Positions 9,805-20,277 are shown, numbered from the stretch's first letter. The stretch is 64,000 bases of DNA from an uncultured Bacteroidota bacterium (GCA_947085565.1 CAMTWZ010000021.1:6025-70024); one strand, 5' to 3'. Notes: generated by a model not told the origin, from the sequence alone. Program-made: numbers and translations.

Positions 9805-10316
9805 GTCGTTGAGGCGTAGTACGTTTCGAACTGAAGCGACAGGGCTTCGGCTTCGCCCGCGTGTTTTTTCAGATGGTTGACGGTGATCTGCAGCTGTTTG
9901 AGCGCGATCATGTTCAGGATTCCGAGGAATTTGATGCCCACTTTCGGATAGCGCTTGCAAAGAGTTTCGAGATCGGGCTTGAAGAAGCCGTACAACACGC
10001 AGTCGGTGACGCAGCGCGCAGACGACATCCGTCGCATCTCATAACCCACAGACAATGCGCCGAAACTCTCGGAGGGCTCGAGCTGGTAGCGAGGTTTTTC
10101 CGCATCAGGAACGCCGGCTGTCTCAACCACGAGCTCCACGCTACCCGATTCGATGATGTACATTCCGGTACCGGGGTCGCCCTGATAATAGATGTATTCC
10201 CCTTCGCGGTACGTCCGTTCGTTGCATAATTGCAAAAAAGCGATGCGCTCCAGGGGAGTCATCTGGGAAAGGAAGCGGGATTTGAAAATCACGCGGAATT
10301 TGTCGGAGATTTCCAT
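9801..10316 (-). CDS. cyclic-nucleotide-binding domain protein (no DNA-binding domain)
   Basis: GEYIYYQGDPGTGMYIIESGSVELV...FGALSV matches the cNMP-binding beta-roll pattern. Only 171 aa. Confidence 0.7.
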   Translation of the reverse strand: MEISDKFRVIFKSRFLSQMTPLERIAFLQLCNERTYREGEYIYYQGDPGTGMYIIESGSVELVVETAGVPDAEKPRYQLEPSESFGALSVGYEMRRMSSARCVTDCVLYGFFKPDLETLCKRYPKVGIKFLGILNMIALKQLQITVNHLKKHAGEAEALSLQFETYYASTT

Positions 10317-10325
10317 GTATTCGCG

Positions 10326-12629
10326 TTAGAAGGAGTGGCCGATGCCGAAGTGAATATACGGTTTGGGCGACTGAAACCACCCATTGCGAATGCCATCAAC
10401 CATGGCCGGATCGTACGCCTTGTATGCGAAATCGATGCGGAAGATGAGGTATTCCCAATCCATTCTGACACCGAAACCCGCCCCCACAGCGAATTCCTTG
10501 TAGAAGGAATCGAATGCGAATAGGCCCCGATTGGCCAAGGAACGTGGCCCGTACCAGATGTTACCGACATCTGCGAAACCGGCGATATGCCAATCGGTGC
10601 TGAGCATGTTCCGGATCAGCAAATGCCTGAGTTCAAAGAACGTCGCCAGTTTCACATCCCCGCCGTTGATGGTCACTTCGCCGAGTCCCACATCCCCCGG
10701 ACCCAAACGCAACGGCTGCCAACCACGGATGTCGTTGCTTCCACCGGCGAAAAATCGCCTGTTCAGCGGAATCTGGCGGGTTTCGCCATACGCGTACGCC
10801 AATCCGCCGAAGAGACGCCAAGCCACCACGGTATTGTCGAAGATCGAGGCGTAATTGCGTTGATCGAACGAGGCTTTCACATAGCGAGCGTAGGAAAGGG
10901 TCGAATCCGCGAACGTGAAGCTGGGGATGTTGCCTTGGACTGGCTCACCGTTCCGCACGATATACTTTTCGTATAGGTAGGGGATGTTACCGCCTGATTC
11001 GACCGATAATTCTGACACCGAACCGCGGTTCCGCTTGATGAAATCCGTATTGAACGAACGGATGGTGTACCGGATGGTGGAGTTCACCTGCTGGCTGAAA
11101 TCCGCCAGGATGCGCTCGCGCTGGAATGGATCGGTCACTTCGTTGTTGATCCGTTCACGGAACAGATCCGATGGACTGGCATCGAACCAATCGAGTTCGA
11201 TCAGATCCAAACTGCTCGACAAACTTAGACTGTGCTGAACATCATATTTCAGGTTGAACCGGACGTTCGCGTTCACGGTGAAGTTCAACTGACTCACTTG
11301 GGCCAAGGTGACGCCATATCGAGTTCTGGAGTTGATGAACCTGGATCGGGAATTGAGTCCGCCGAACGGGAATTGCAACTGAGGAACGGAATATTCCACC
11401 GTTCCTTCAAAGCTGCGAAGCAGTTCCTCTCGAACGCTGGGCGCGCTCTCGAAACTGCCTTTGATGCCGATTTCGAGCCCTTCCGCCATCCCGAAGAGAT
11501 TGTTGTTGGTGTACACGAGTCCGGCACCGGCACCCAGACCAAGACGCTGCATCCCGAAGACATCGCTGCGGATTCGTTGCCTCGGCAAGGTCTGCATATC
11601 AATGCGGACGGGTACGCTTTCTTGGGAAAAATCGGGTAGGGAACCGTCATCGCTCAAGGAGAATTGGCGCACATTGAGCATCCCGAGATTCTGATATCGG
11701 CGTATGGTCTGCAGATAAAGCTCGTGGTTGTAGGTATCGCCGGGTTTGAAAGCAACATTCTTGTACAAGAGTCGGAACCGTGATTTGGTCTCTTCCTCCT
11801 TGTTGGCGATGATGACGCCGTTTTCGAATTTTAAGGTGTCCAATTGCGCGGTTCCGGGTTCGCCGATGGTGTTCGGACCCACCAGATTCAGATACACATC
11901 CCCGAAGGTGTGGAGACGGCCGGGGGTGACATGGAATAGCAGGTCAAGCTGCGTCGGATTCAGTGAATCACGTTTCACGACGGCTCGAACCATGTCGTTT
12001 GTGACCGACGCATATCCGTTGTTTTTCAGGATTTCGATGATAGCGGAGCGTTCCGCGCTGATCAGATCGTAAGAAAGCTGGATGTTAGGTGCGAAAGAAG
12101 AATCGGAGAGTGCTCGCTTCGCGAACGGACTACGGCGATAGAAACGAGGAATCACTTGAGGATCCGTGAAGTCGGGAAATCCGCTGAACGCGGCGGTGCG
12201 GACGAAAGATGGGCGACCTTCCACAATCAGAAAAGAGACTTCCACATTGCCACGGCCGAAATCCGTGATAAGGGTATCCACATGATTGTCGAGGTAGCCG
12301 ATGGAACGGTAATAGGTCGAAATCCGCACGATATCGGCCGCGACGGTGATCCGGTCCAAGCGAAAAGGAGCTTCGCCCCAGTTTCGGTTCAGTCCGTTCA
12401 TCCACATCCAGACCTTGAAGCCGGGGATACTGAGCAGTTCACGGTTCGACTGCGTTCTGACCAACGTGAGCAGGGTGCCAGTGCGCACTTGCTCATTGCC
12501 GGAAAACCGGACTCGGTTCACGACGCTCGACTCCTGGGAGAACGCGTTGGCCCAGGAGCAGAGACTAAGTATAAGCAGGAGGGTATAACGATCAAACGTC
12601 GTCATAGTCGAAGCCTTCCTCATCCTCAC
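10326..12629 (-). CDS. Omp85/BamA-TamA family outer-membrane protein (POTRA repeats + surface-antigen barrel)
   Basis: Signal peptide ...LLLILSLCSWANAFSQ. C-terminal barrel with RFFAGGSNDIRGW and terminal ...HFGIGHSF. An alternative start is the ATG at 12605. Confidence 0.75.
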   Translation of the reverse strand: MRMRKASTMTTFDRYTLLLILSLCSWANAFSQESSVVNRVRFSGNEQVRTGTLLTLVRTQSNRELLSIPGFKVWMWMNGLNRNWGEAPFRLDRITVAADIVRISTYYRSIGYLDNHVDTLITDFGRGNVEVSFLIVEGRPSFVRTAAFSGFPDFTDPQVIPRFYRRSPFAKRALSDSSFAPNIQLSYDLISAERSAIIEILKNNGYASVTNDMVRAVVKRDSLNPTQLDLLFHVTPGRLHTFGDVYLNLVGPNTIGEPGTAQLDTLKFENGVIIANKEEETKSRFRLLYKNVAFKPGDTYNHELYLQTIRRYQNLGMLNVRQFSLSDDGSLPDFSQESVPVRIDMQTLPRQRIRSDVFGMQRLGLGAGAGLVYTNNNLFGMAEGLEIGIKGSFESAPSVREELLRSFEGTVEYSVPQLQFPFGGLNSRSRFINSRTRYGVTLAQVSQLNFTVNANVRFNLKYDVQHSLSLSSSLDLIELDWFDASPSDLFRERINNEVTDPFQRERILADFSQQVNSTIRYTIRSFNTDFIKRNRGSVSELSVESGGNIPYLYEKYIVRNGEPVQGNIPSFTFADSTLSYARYVKASFDQRNYASIFDNTVVAWRLFGGLAYAYGETRQIPLNRRFFAGGSNDIRGWQPLRLGPGDVGLGEVTINGGDVKLATFFELRHLLIRNMLSTDWHIAGFADVGNIWYGPRSLANRGLFAFDSFYKEFAVGAGFGVRMDWEYLIFRIDFAYKAYDPAMVDGIRNGWFQSPKPYIHFGIGHSF

Positions 12630-12837
12630 CGTGGAAGAAGTCTTCTTTCATGATATAGTCTGGCCAGATTTCTTCAATGCTTTCATAAGGAGTGTCGTCT
12701 TCTTCATCCAACTCATACAAGTTGTCGATCACTTGTTGCGGGCATCCGTTGCGTTCCGACCATTCGATCAGTTCGGTTCGGGTGGCTGGCCAAGGTGCGT
12801 CTTCTAATGTCGCGGCTAATTCAACGGTCCAGATCAT
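12592..12837 (-). CDS. DUF2795-like small acidic protein
   Basis: WPATRTELIEWSERNGCPQQVIDNL resembles the DUF2795 core. 81 aa. Confidence 0.55.
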   Translation of the reverse strand: MIWTVELAATLEDAPWPATRTELIEWSERNGCPQQVIDNLYELDEEDDTPYESIEEIWPDYIMKEDFFHGEDEEGFDYDDV

Positions 12838-12970
12838 GGGTACTCCGTGATGTTCGTTCTGTGATTAATTATGTGCCTAACGAAGGTAGCTGAAAATAAT
12901 TTTCAGTGGTTTCGTTATCTTCAGGGATAATGCGCTAAAGGCGCGCAAATATACAAGAAAAAACTTCATT

Positions 12971-13180
12971 ATGGCTTTAGGTGCTATTGAATGGGTAGTG
13001 ATCATTCTGATCGTACTCCTGCTGTTCGGTGCGAAAAAGATTCCTGAGTTGGCGCGTGGCATCGGCCAAGGTATCAACGAGTTCCGCAAAGCGTCTTCCG
13101 AGATCCGCAAAGAGATCGAGAAGGGCGCCGAAGACGCGAAGGAAGTTCCCCGCAAAAAAGACGACGCTACCCTCCAGTGA
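12971..13180 (+). CDS. tatA: twin-arginine translocase subunit TatA/E
   Basis: [41 protein letters not shown] is the canonical TatA TM plus amphipathic helix. Confidence 0.85.
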   Translation: MALGAIEWVVIILIVLLLFGAKKIPELARGIGQGINEFRKASSEIRKEIEKGAEDAKEVPRKKDDATLQ

Positions 13181-14589
13181 GTTCGAACACGCTGCCATTG
13201 CCTGAGCGCGTGTCTTCTTATTTTCGCGAGATCCAGGCCCGGAACCCTGAAATCAACGCCTTCATCCGAACCGATGAAGCGCAAGCCCTTGCCGATGCGC
13301 ATCGCATCCAAGCCAAAATAGAGGCCGGTACGGCCGGATCTTTGGCCGGAATGGTCATGGGCATCAAGGATGTGATCAGCGAAAAAGGGAAGATCACCAG
13401 TTGCGCTTCGAACATCCTTCGAAACTTCGAAGCCGTGTACGATGCTACCGTGATCGAACGCCTCAAAGCCGCGGATGCGGTTCTTATCGGGCGTCTGAAC
13501 ATGGACGAATTCGCCATGGGCTCTTCGAATGAAAACAGCATCTACGGACCGACCAAGAACCCTCGCGACACCACCCGCGTGCCCGGTGGCTCGTCCGGTG
13601 GAAGCGCCGCGGCGGTTGCGGCCGGATTTTGCGACGCCACTCTGGGCTCCGACACCGGCGGCTCCATCCGCCAACCCGCCGGTTTCTGCGGCGTGGTGGG
13701 GCTCAAACCCAGTTACGGACGCGTCTCCCGTTACGGCTTGGTGGCCTATGCCTCATCGTTCGATAGCATTGGTCCGCTGGCTCACACGGTCAAAGACGCC
13801 GCCACCATCCTGGAAGTGATCGCCGGTCGCGATGCCAACGACATGACCAGCTCCGACAAACCTGTTCCGGCTTATTCCTCGTTCGTGGGTCAAACGGTGA
13901 AAGGCATGCGTATCGGTGTTCCCGCCGAGTATTTCGGGGAAGGACTCGATCCCGAGATCCAATCCCGCATAGAGTCGGTCATCTCGGCGCTTCAAGCCGA
14001 AGGCGCCACGGTCGTTCCCATCACCTTGCCTCACACGCCGTACGCCATCGCCACCTATTATATTCTGGCCACGGCCGAAGCGTCGAGCAATCTGGCCCGC
14101 TTCGATGGGGTCCGTTACGGACACCGAGCCATCGCCGAGGGAACCGACGAAAGCGGCCTTGTGCGTCTGTATAAGCAGAGCCGAACCGAAGGATTTTCCA
14201 CGGAAGTGAAACGTCGCATCATGCTCGGAACCTATGTGCTCAGCGCCGGTTATTACGAGGCGTATTTCGGAAAAGCGCAGAAAATCCGCCGACTTATCCA
14301 AGCCGATTTCGAGAGCGCATTCACGCAGGTGGATGTGATCATTTCGCCGACCTCGCCCACAACGGCGTTCAAGTTCGGTGAGAACTCCGACGATCCGGTG
14401 AGCATGTATCTGAACGATATCTATACCATTTCGGCTAATCTGGCGGGTATTTGCGGTATTTCCGTACCCTGCGGATTCCATTCCGACGGCATGCCGATCG
14501 GCTTGCAGTTCATGGCTGCCGCATTCAACGAAGAGCAATTGATCCGCGCCGGATCGGCCGTGGAGCGACTCGTCGGGGCCGGGCAATGA
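13177..14589 (+). CDS. gatA: Asp-tRNA(Asn)/Glu-tRNA(Gln) amidotransferase subunit A
   Basis: Amidase signature [14 protein letters not shown]. Full-length similarity to GatA. GTG start in a GTGA overlap with tatA. Confidence 0.9.
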   Translation: MSSNTLPLPERVSSYFREIQARNPEINAFIRTDEAQALADAHRIQAKIEAGTAGSLAGMVMGIKDVISEKGKITSCASNILRNFEAVYDATVIERLKAADAVLIGRLNMDEFAMGSSNENSIYGPTKNPRDTTRVPGGSSGGSAAAVAAGFCDATLGSDTGGSIRQPAGFCGVVGLKPSYGRVSRYGLVAYASSFDSIGPLAHTVKDAATILEVIAGRDANDMTSSDKPVPAYSSFVGQTVKGMRIGVPAEYFGEGLDPEIQSRIESVISALQAEGATVVPITLPHTPYAIATYYILATAEASSNLARFDGVRYGHRAIAEGTDESGLVRLYKQSRTEGFSTEVKRRIMLGTYVLSAGYYEAYFGKAQKIRRLIQADFESAFTQVDVIISPTSPTTAFKFGENSDDPVSMYLNDIYTISANLAGICGISVPCGFHSDGMPIGLQFMAAAFNEEQLIRAGSAVERLVGAGQ

Positions 14590-15347
14590 ACCGGCTCTCT
14601 GGCAAATGGGCGGTTGTGACCGGTGCCACTTCCGGCATCGGGAAAGCCATCGCCCAAGAGCTGGCTTCGATGGGGGTGAATCTCATTTTGACGGGTCGGC
14701 GTGCGGAGCGTCTTGCGGCGTTCAAATCCCATTTGGTGGATAATCATCCCATCCACATCGAAACGTATCCGTTCGACATCCGCGACCGGCAGGCCTGCAT
14801 CGATTTTCATGTCACCATCACACAGGATGTGGATATCCTGGTCAATAATGCCGGACTTGCCGCCGGTTTCGATCCCGTCACCACGGCCGATCTGGCCGAT
14901 TGGGATGTGATGGTGCAGACCAATCTGGTGAGCCTGTATTTGATGAGTCAGCTGTTCGCCAAAAACATGGCCGCCAAGCGCAAGGGACATATTTTGAATC
15001 TCGGATCTTTGGCCGGACACGAAGCCTATCCGAACGGCTCGGTCTATTGCGCCACAAAACATGCGGTCTATGCCTTCACTCGCGCCATGAAAATGGATCT
15101 CAACGGCACGGATGTGCGCGTGAGCATGGTTTCTCCCGGTTTGGTGGAAACCGAGTTCAGTGAAATCCGCTTCCATGGCGATGTGGAACGCGCGAAAAGC
15201 GTGTACAAGGGCATCGATCCGCTCACCGCCGAAGACATCGCTGAAATCGCGGTGTTCATCCTCAACCGCCCGGCGCACGTGAACATCCTCGATGCGGTGG
15301 TCCTGCCTGTGGCACAAGCCTCCTCAGTCCATGTCGCTCGCTCCTAA
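14586..15347 (+). CDS. short-chain dehydrogenase/reductase (YdfG-like NADP-dependent SDR)
   Basis: KWAVVTGATSGIGKAIA (TGxxxGxG) and YCATKHAV (YxxxK). ATGA overlap with the gatA stop. Confidence 0.8.
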   Translation: MNRLSGKWAVVTGATSGIGKAIAQELASMGVNLILTGRRAERLAAFKSHLVDNHPIHIETYPFDIRDRQACIDFHVTITQDVDILVNNAGLAAGFDPVTTADLADWDVMVQTNLVSLYLMSQLFAKNMAAKRKGHILNLGSLAGHEAYPNGSVYCATKHAVYAFTRAMKMDLNGTDVRVSMVSPGLVETEFSEIRFHGDVERAKSVYKGIDPLTAEDIAEIAVFILNRPAHVNILDAVVLPVAQASSVHVARS

Positions 15348-16293
15348 ATCCCTTGCCGCTGTCCTGCTGATTCTTCTGATCGGGTGCGAATCCGGTCCGA
15401 AACCGGTCGTACGCTTCGATTTTATCAACCGGAAAGGGGATGTCCCTGCGTTTTCAGCGGATTCCGCGTACGCCTACGTCCAAAAACAGGTGGATTTCGG
15501 TCCGCGAAACCCCGGCTCTGAAGGACACGCCCGAGCCTTGGCCTATTTCGTCGAATCCCTGAAAACCCGTTCCGGCAACCAGGTGTACACTCAGCGTTTC
15601 GAGGTGGAGGGCTACAACGAAACCCTGAAATTGGCCAATGTGATCGCCGCGTTCAATCCGGAATCGCAAACGCGGATCATGCTCTGCGCGCATTGGGATA
15701 CGCGTCCAAGGGCGGACCAAGATCCCGACCCCGCATCCGTAGGAAAACCCATTATAGGTGCGAACGACGGAGCCTCCGGTGTCGCCGTTTTGCTGGAGTT
15801 GGCGCGCATCTTTGAAAAGTATCCACCACCCATCGGTGTGGATATCGTACTTTTCGATGGGGAGGATTACGGCATGGAATGGGATCTGAGCAAGTACTTT
15901 CTCGGAAGTCGGTATTGGTCGGAGAATCCGCCAGTACCTGGGTACATGCCGCGATTCGCGATTCTTTTGGACATGGTCGGCGATAAGAACGCCCGTTTCC
16001 CCAAAGAAGGATTCTCTATGAATTACGCGCCGGCTTTGGTCGAGCAGATCTGGGGAATCGCCGCCGGCAAAGGACATGGAAGGATGTTCTTGGACGAGCG
16101 TGTCGCACCCATCGCCGATGATCACATGATTCTGAACCAAGTGTACGGACTTCCCACCATCGTCATCATCCATGCGCCGTTTCCGGAATATTGGCACACA
16201 TCCAACGACACCATGGAAAACATCAGCCCGGCCACTTTGCAGACCGTGGGCGAGGTCTTGATCGAACTCATCTACAACAGGATACCCTCATGA
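15331..16293 (+). CDS. M28-family peptidase / glutaminyl-cyclase-like lipoprotein
   Basis: Lipobox LLIGC. CAHWDTRPRAD and GANDGASGVAVLLELAR are typical of M28 / bacterial QC-like enzymes. Confidence 0.7.
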   Translation: MSLAPKSLAAVLLILLIGCESGPKPVVRFDFINRKGDVPAFSADSAYAYVQKQVDFGPRNPGSEGHARALAYFVESLKTRSGNQVYTQRFEVEGYNETLKLANVIAAFNPESQTRIMLCAHWDTRPRADQDPDPASVGKPIIGANDGASGVAVLLELARIFEKYPPPIGVDIVLFDGEDYGMEWDLSKYFLGSRYWSENPPVPGYMPRFAILLDMVGDKNARFPKEGFSMNYAPALVEQIWGIAAGKGHGRMFLDERVAPIADDHMILNQVYGLPTIVIIHAPFPEYWHTSNDTMENISPATLQTVGEVLIELIYNRIPS

Positions 16294-17138
16294 GCCAAGG
16301 AAATTGGATCTGCTTCGAACTCAGCGTACCCGACGAACTTCAGGAAATCGTGATCAGCGAATTGAGTGAATTCGGATTCGACGGTTTTGAGCAAGACACG
16401 AACCGCATCAAAGCCTACATCGAAGAGCATCTGCTCGATGATGTGACCCGCGAGCAAGTCGTAGGCGGACTCCACGCCATGGGGCACGGCTGCGATGTCC
16501 TTTCCGAACAGCTCTACGAGCCTCGGAATTGGAACGAAGAATGGGAGAAAACCATCGAACCGATGCAAGTCGGCCGTTTCTGGGTGCATCCTAGCTGGAC
16601 CACGGAAATCTGTCCCGAAGGGCTCATCCCACTTATGATCGATCCCAAGCAGGCATTCGGAACCGGTTATCATGAAACCACGCGCCTCATTCTTCGGATG
16701 TTGCCCTACGTGGTTCAGGAAGGCGATACCATCGTGGATGTGGGCACAGGAACCGGCATTCTGGCTATCGCCGCTCTCAAGCTTGGCGGCTCGCATGCCT
16801 TCGGATTCGACATCGACGAATGGAGTTACGACAACGCCGTCGAAACCATTTGGCTGAACGGTGTTCAAGAGAAAATGCAGGTCAAGATCGGCTCCTTCGA
16901 AACCGTGCCGGAGTGGAGCACTTACTCGGTGGTTTTGGCCAATGTGATCCGCGACATGCTGCTCACCTATGCGAAAGAAGTCGTGGCCCTGATCAAACCC
17001 GGTGGACATCTCATCCTTTCCGGACTCATGCTCCCCGATGAAGCGCCGATCCGCGCGCATCCGGTGTACGCCGCCCTGACCTTCGTCGAAGTGACTTACG
17101 AAAACGATTGGTGCGCCCTTCATTTCAAGAAGGGATGA
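16290..17138 (+). CDS. prmA: ribosomal protein L11 methyltransferase
   Basis: FGTGYHETTRL and DVGTGTGILAIAALKLG motifs. ATGA overlap at 16290-16293. Confidence 0.8.
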   Translation: MSQGNWICFELSVPDELQEIVISELSEFGFDGFEQDTNRIKAYIEEHLLDDVTREQVVGGLHAMGHGCDVLSEQLYEPRNWNEEWEKTIEPMQVGRFWVHPSWTTEICPEGLIPLMIDPKQAFGTGYHETTRLILRMLPYVVQEGDTIVDVGTGTGILAIAALKLGGSHAFGFDIDEWSYDNAVETIWLNGVQEKMQVKIGSFETVPEWSTYSVVLANVIRDMLLTYAKEVVALIKPGGHLILSGLMLPDEAPIRAHPVYAALTFVEVTYENDWCALHFKKG

Positions 17139-18013
17139 GAGCCGCCGCGATCGATATCGGCACGAACACCGTGCTTTTGCTCGTCGCGGATGTGGAAAAT
17201 GGAATCGTCAGATCGCTCTATGAAGATCAGCGGATCCCGCGGTTAGGCAAAGGCGTAGATGGAAGCGGAAACTTGTCGATGGACAAAATGATGGACGTCA
17301 TTTCCGTGCTGGTGGAGTACCGCGACACTGTTTACGAGCGTTTCGGTGTGCTTCCGGTCGTGGTCACCGCCACTTCGGCGGTGAGAGACGCCGCCAACCG
17401 CATCGAGTTCTTATGGATGGTGGAAGAAGCCACCGGGTACCGCATTCGAATATTGACTGGGGATGAAGAAGCCGACACGACATTTAACGGCGCTTTGTCG
17501 ATGCTGCCCGATGCCCGAACTGGCGACATTTGCGTGATCGACATCGGAGGTGGAAGCACCGAACTCATTCTGGCGAGCGATGGCGTGATGTCGCGCCAGC
17601 ATTCTTTCGATGTGGGAAGCGTGCGCTACAACGAGCGTTTCGGATGGCGGCCGCCAGTGCAGGCGGAAATCGATCTCATCACCCAATTCCAGCAGAAAGG
17701 ATTCGGAGGAAACGGACGTAGAGCCATCGGAGTGGCCGGAACGGCGGGAATTGTGAAGTCAGTGAGTGAGGATCTGAGTTTGGAAGGATTGATCCGATTG
17801 CAGCAAGACTGGGCGGCGCTGAATCCCGAGACCTTGCTGGCTCGGCATCCGGACATCCTGAAAGGGAGGGAGGATGTGATCTTGGCCGGATTGGGAATTC
17901 TCATCGCAGCGATGAAGGCGATCGGTGCGGAAAGATTGGACGTCTCGGCAGGAGGGATCCGCCATGGAATGCTGCTCTGGTTGGCTCAGCAGCAAGAGAG
18001 CCCAGGTTCCTGA
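17135..18013 (+). CDS. Ppx/GppA-family phosphatase (short, N-terminal ASKHA domains only)
   Basis: AAIDIGTNTVLLLVA and DIGGGSTE phosphate-binding motifs. ATGA overlap at 17135-17138. Confidence 0.75.
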   Translation: MRAAAIDIGTNTVLLLVADVENGIVRSLYEDQRIPRLGKGVDGSGNLSMDKMMDVISVLVEYRDTVYERFGVLPVVVTATSAVRDAANRIEFLWMVEEATGYRIRILTGDEEADTTFNGALSMLPDARTGDICVIDIGGGSTELILASDGVMSRQHSFDVGSVRYNERFGWRPPVQAEIDLITQFQQKGFGGNGRRAIGVAGTAGIVKSVSEDLSLEGLIRLQQDWAALNPETLLARHPDILKGREDVILAGLGILIAAMKAIGAERLDVSAGGIRHGMLLWLAQQQESPGS

Positions 18014-18044
18014 AAACAAAAAAGCCCGCAGAGCGGGCTTTTTG
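18014..18044. terminator. bidirectional intrinsic terminator between convergent ppx and rbp genes
   Basis: AAAGCCCGC (18021-18029), loop AGA, GCGGGCTTT (18033-18041), flanked by an A-run and a T-run. Confidence 0.7.
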
Positions 18045-18064
18045 TGCATACGATGCGTCCGGAA

Positions 18065-18373
18065 TTAACGGAAGTTGTTGCGACGTGGACCGCGCGAGTC
18101 TCTGCCACCGCCACCACCCATTGGGCGTTCTTCGCGTGGACGTGCTTCGTTTGCAACGAGAGCGCGACCTGCGAGTTCAGCACCATGCATGGTTTCGATA
18201 GCTTCACGAGCTTCGTCATCATTTGGCATTTCAACGAAACCAAAACCGCGTGAGCGACCGGTTGCGCGATCAATAATCACAGACGTTGAAGCAACTTCAC
18301 CGTACTGGGAAAACATTTGACGTAGGCCTTCTTCATCTGTTGAGTAAGGCAGGTTACCGACATAAATATTCAT
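18065..18373 (-). CDS. RRM-type RNA-binding protein with Gly/Arg-rich tail
   Basis: NIYVGNL (RNP-2) and RGFGFVEM (RNP-1). Confidence 0.85.
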   Translation of the reverse strand: MNIYVGNLPYSTDEEGLRQMFSQYGEVASTSVIIDRATGRSRGFGFVEMPNDDEAREAIETMHGAELAGRALVANEARPREERPMGGGGGRDSRGPRRNNFR

Positions 18374-18535
18374 ACCGAATCCAATTGTAATAAGTGCTTT
18401 TTTTCGCGCTGACTACATCCACTTTGAATGCAAGTGCAGCGTTGGTCTGTAAGCACACATGAACAGACGCACTTCAAGATAAGTATTTATTTGTCTGAAA
18501 AAACAAAACATTAAAACTGTTATTTTCAAGTCCAT

Positions 18536-19159
18536 ATGACTGAGCAGCAGCAGGAAAACGCGACACCCCACACCCCATCGGCCAGCAGCCTTGAAGACCT
18601 CAAGTGGGTGAACAAAGCTTCTGGCGGAGACCAAGCGGCTTTCGCCTTTTTGATGAACAAGTATCATCAACCCTTATATTTTCATGTACTTAGGATGGTC
18701 CATTATCGGGATCTCGTTGAAGATCTTCTCCAAGAGATTTTCACCAAGGCCTTCGACAACATCCATTCGTTCAATCCGGCTTATGCGTTTTCGACTTGGT
18801 TATATCGCATCGCGACCAACCACACCATCGACCATCTTAGGAAAAAGAAGCTTCGCACGATGTCGTTGGATGAGCCGATCCAGACCAAAGACGGCGAGAT
18901 GAAGCTCGAAGTGGCCGATGATTCTGAGTTCTCCGATGAGGGTATCCAGTACCAGCAGCGAGCCAAAATCATCCGTGAAGCGATCGATCTCTTGCCACCG
19001 CGTTACAAGGAAGTGATCCAGATGCGGCACATGGAAGAGAAGAGCTATCAGGAAATCGCCGAAATGCTCGAACTCCCCTTAGGCACCGTGAAGGCGCACA
19101 TCTTCCGAGCGAGGGAATTGCTGTATAAGCATTTGAAGGATCGGGAGGGATCCTTTTAA
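18536..19159 (+). CDS. ECF-type sigma-70 family RNA polymerase sigma factor
   Basis: Region 2 (FSTWLYRIATNHTIDHLRKKK) and region 4 HTH (SYQEIAEMLELPLGTVKAHIFRARE). Confidence 0.85.
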   Translation: MTEQQQENATPHTPSASSLEDLKWVNKASGGDQAAFAFLMNKYHQPLYFHVLRMVHYRDLVEDLLQEIFTKAFDNIHSFNPAYAFSTWLYRIATNHTIDHLRKKKLRTMSLDEPIQTKDGEMKLEVADDSEFSDEGIQYQQRAKIIREAIDLLPPRYKEVIQMRHMEEKSYQEIAEMLELPLGTVKAHIFRARELLYKHLKDREGSF

Positions 19160-19236
19160 CGTGAAAGCGTAAAAGCGTGAAAATGTGAAAGCGTTGAGGA
19201 GTACGTTTTAACGTTTTTACGCTTTAACGTTTTTAC
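19158..19236. repeat. imperfect inverted repeat whose arms are tandem 8-nt units (GTGAAAGC-like / ACGTTTTA-like)
   Basis: Left arm 19158-19194 (GTGAAAGC GTAAAAGC GTGAAAAT GTGAAAGC GT). Right arm 19203-19236 (ACGTTTTA ACGTTTTT ACGCTTTA ACGTTTTT AC). About 6 of 8 positions are complementary per unit. The right arm overlaps the last 7 codons of queG. Confidence 0.6.
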
Positions 19237-20158
19237 CGACCACCTCGATATTCCGCTTAAGCCCCCCAAACTTCGTCCTTTTCACCGCGCTTTTGCGGAA
19301 CAGCTCCTGGTAGCCATTCAGATCGAGTTCGGACCAGAAGTCGAGGTCGCGCTCGCGAAGAGCCATTCGAGCCAATAATTCGGGATCCGAGCCGGGGCGT
19401 GCTTTCCTGTTCCAGGGACACACATCCTGACAAATGTCGCATCCATACATCCAATTTCCCATGGATGCGTGAAATTCCTGGGGAATGGCCTCGCGCAGCT
19501 CGATCGTCAAATAACTGATGCATCGGGTGGCGTCGACGCGATAGGGTTGATAGATGGCGTCGGTAGGACACGCATCGATGCAGCGGGTGCAGCTGCCGCA
19601 ATGATCTGTGGTAGGAGAGTCTGGTTCGAGCTCTAAGTCTATGATAAGCTCACCGATGAAGAAGAAGGAGCCGTGGTCTTTGTTGAGCACGTTGGCGTTC
19701 TTGCCGAGCCAGCCGATACCGGCTTGGACCGCCCAGGATTTGTCGAGCACGGGGGCGGAGTCGACGAATGCGCGTCCTTCAACGTGGCCGGCCACGGAGC
19801 GGATGAAGGCGAAGAGTTCGGCGAGGGAGGATTTCAGGACGTCGTGATAGTCATCACCTTGGGCGTAAAGGGAAATACGTGGACGCTCGGGATGAGCGAT
19901 GTCGTCGGCACGAAGCTCGGGCTGATTGTAGGACCGGAACACGGAAATCACGGTCTTCGCGCCATCGACCAGCAGACGTGGATCCACCCGTTTCTCGAAA
20001 TGATTTTCCATCCAAGCCATCGTTCCGTGGCGGTCTTCCTTCAGCCAGTTTTCGAGGCGGTCCGCATCCTCATCCAGCCGACGGGCCTTGGCGAAGCCGC
20101 AGGCTTCGAAACCGAGGCGCAAGGCTTCGGAGCGGATGAGGTGGTTGAGGGAAGTCAT
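19217..20158 (-). CDS. queG: epoxyqueuosine reductase
   Basis: Ferredoxin-type CGSCTRCIDACPTDAI and CDICQDVCPWN. Full-length QueG-like layout. Confidence 0.85.
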   Translation of the reverse strand: MTSLNHLIRSEALRLGFEACGFAKARRLDEDADRLENWLKEDRHGTMAWMENHFEKRVDPRLLVDGAKTVISVFRSYNQPELRADDIAHPERPRISLYAQGDDYHDVLKSSLAELFAFIRSVAGHVEGRAFVDSAPVLDKSWAVQAGIGWLGKNANVLNKDHGSFFFIGELIIDLELEPDSPTTDHCGSCTRCIDACPTDAIYQPYRVDATRCISYLTIELREAIPQEFHASMGNWMYGCDICQDVCPWNRKARPGSDPELLARMALRERDLDFWSELDLNGYQELFRKSAVKRTKFGGLKRNIEVVGKNVKA

Positions 20159-20183
20159 GAGGGGGAAGGTACGCAGTTGGTGG

Positions 20184-20213
20184 GGTCCTTCGGGCCTTCG
20201 GCCCTCAGGATGA
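20184..20213 (-). repeat. copy (reverse orientation) of the TCATCCTGAG-hairpin-GAAGGACC element
   Basis: The reverse complement reads TCATCCTGAGGGCCGAAGGCCCGAAGGACC. Compare 21182-21212. Confidence 0.6.
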
Positions 20214-20257
20214 GGGCGCTGTGCTTGGTGAATTAGGTCCTTCGCAATACATAATGA

Positions 20258-20277
20258 CCCCAGGTTAAAACCTGGGG
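20258..20277. repeat. REP-like 20-nt palindrome
   Basis: CCCCAGGTT-AA-AACCTGGGG. Confidence 0.6.

Noticed and set aside
12890-12906. Palindrome CTGAAAAT-A-ATTTTCAG in the divergent DUF2795/tatA intergenic region
   Set aside because: It is a single AT-rich 8-bp-arm palindrome with no second copy in the window and no known motif match. That is too weak to call an operator.
12877-13674. 265-aa minus-strand ORF
   Set aside because: It is antisense to tatA and the 5' part of gatA, both of which have unambiguous family signatures. Its composition is Arg/Gly/Ala-rich, typical of shadow ORFs in GC-rich DNA.
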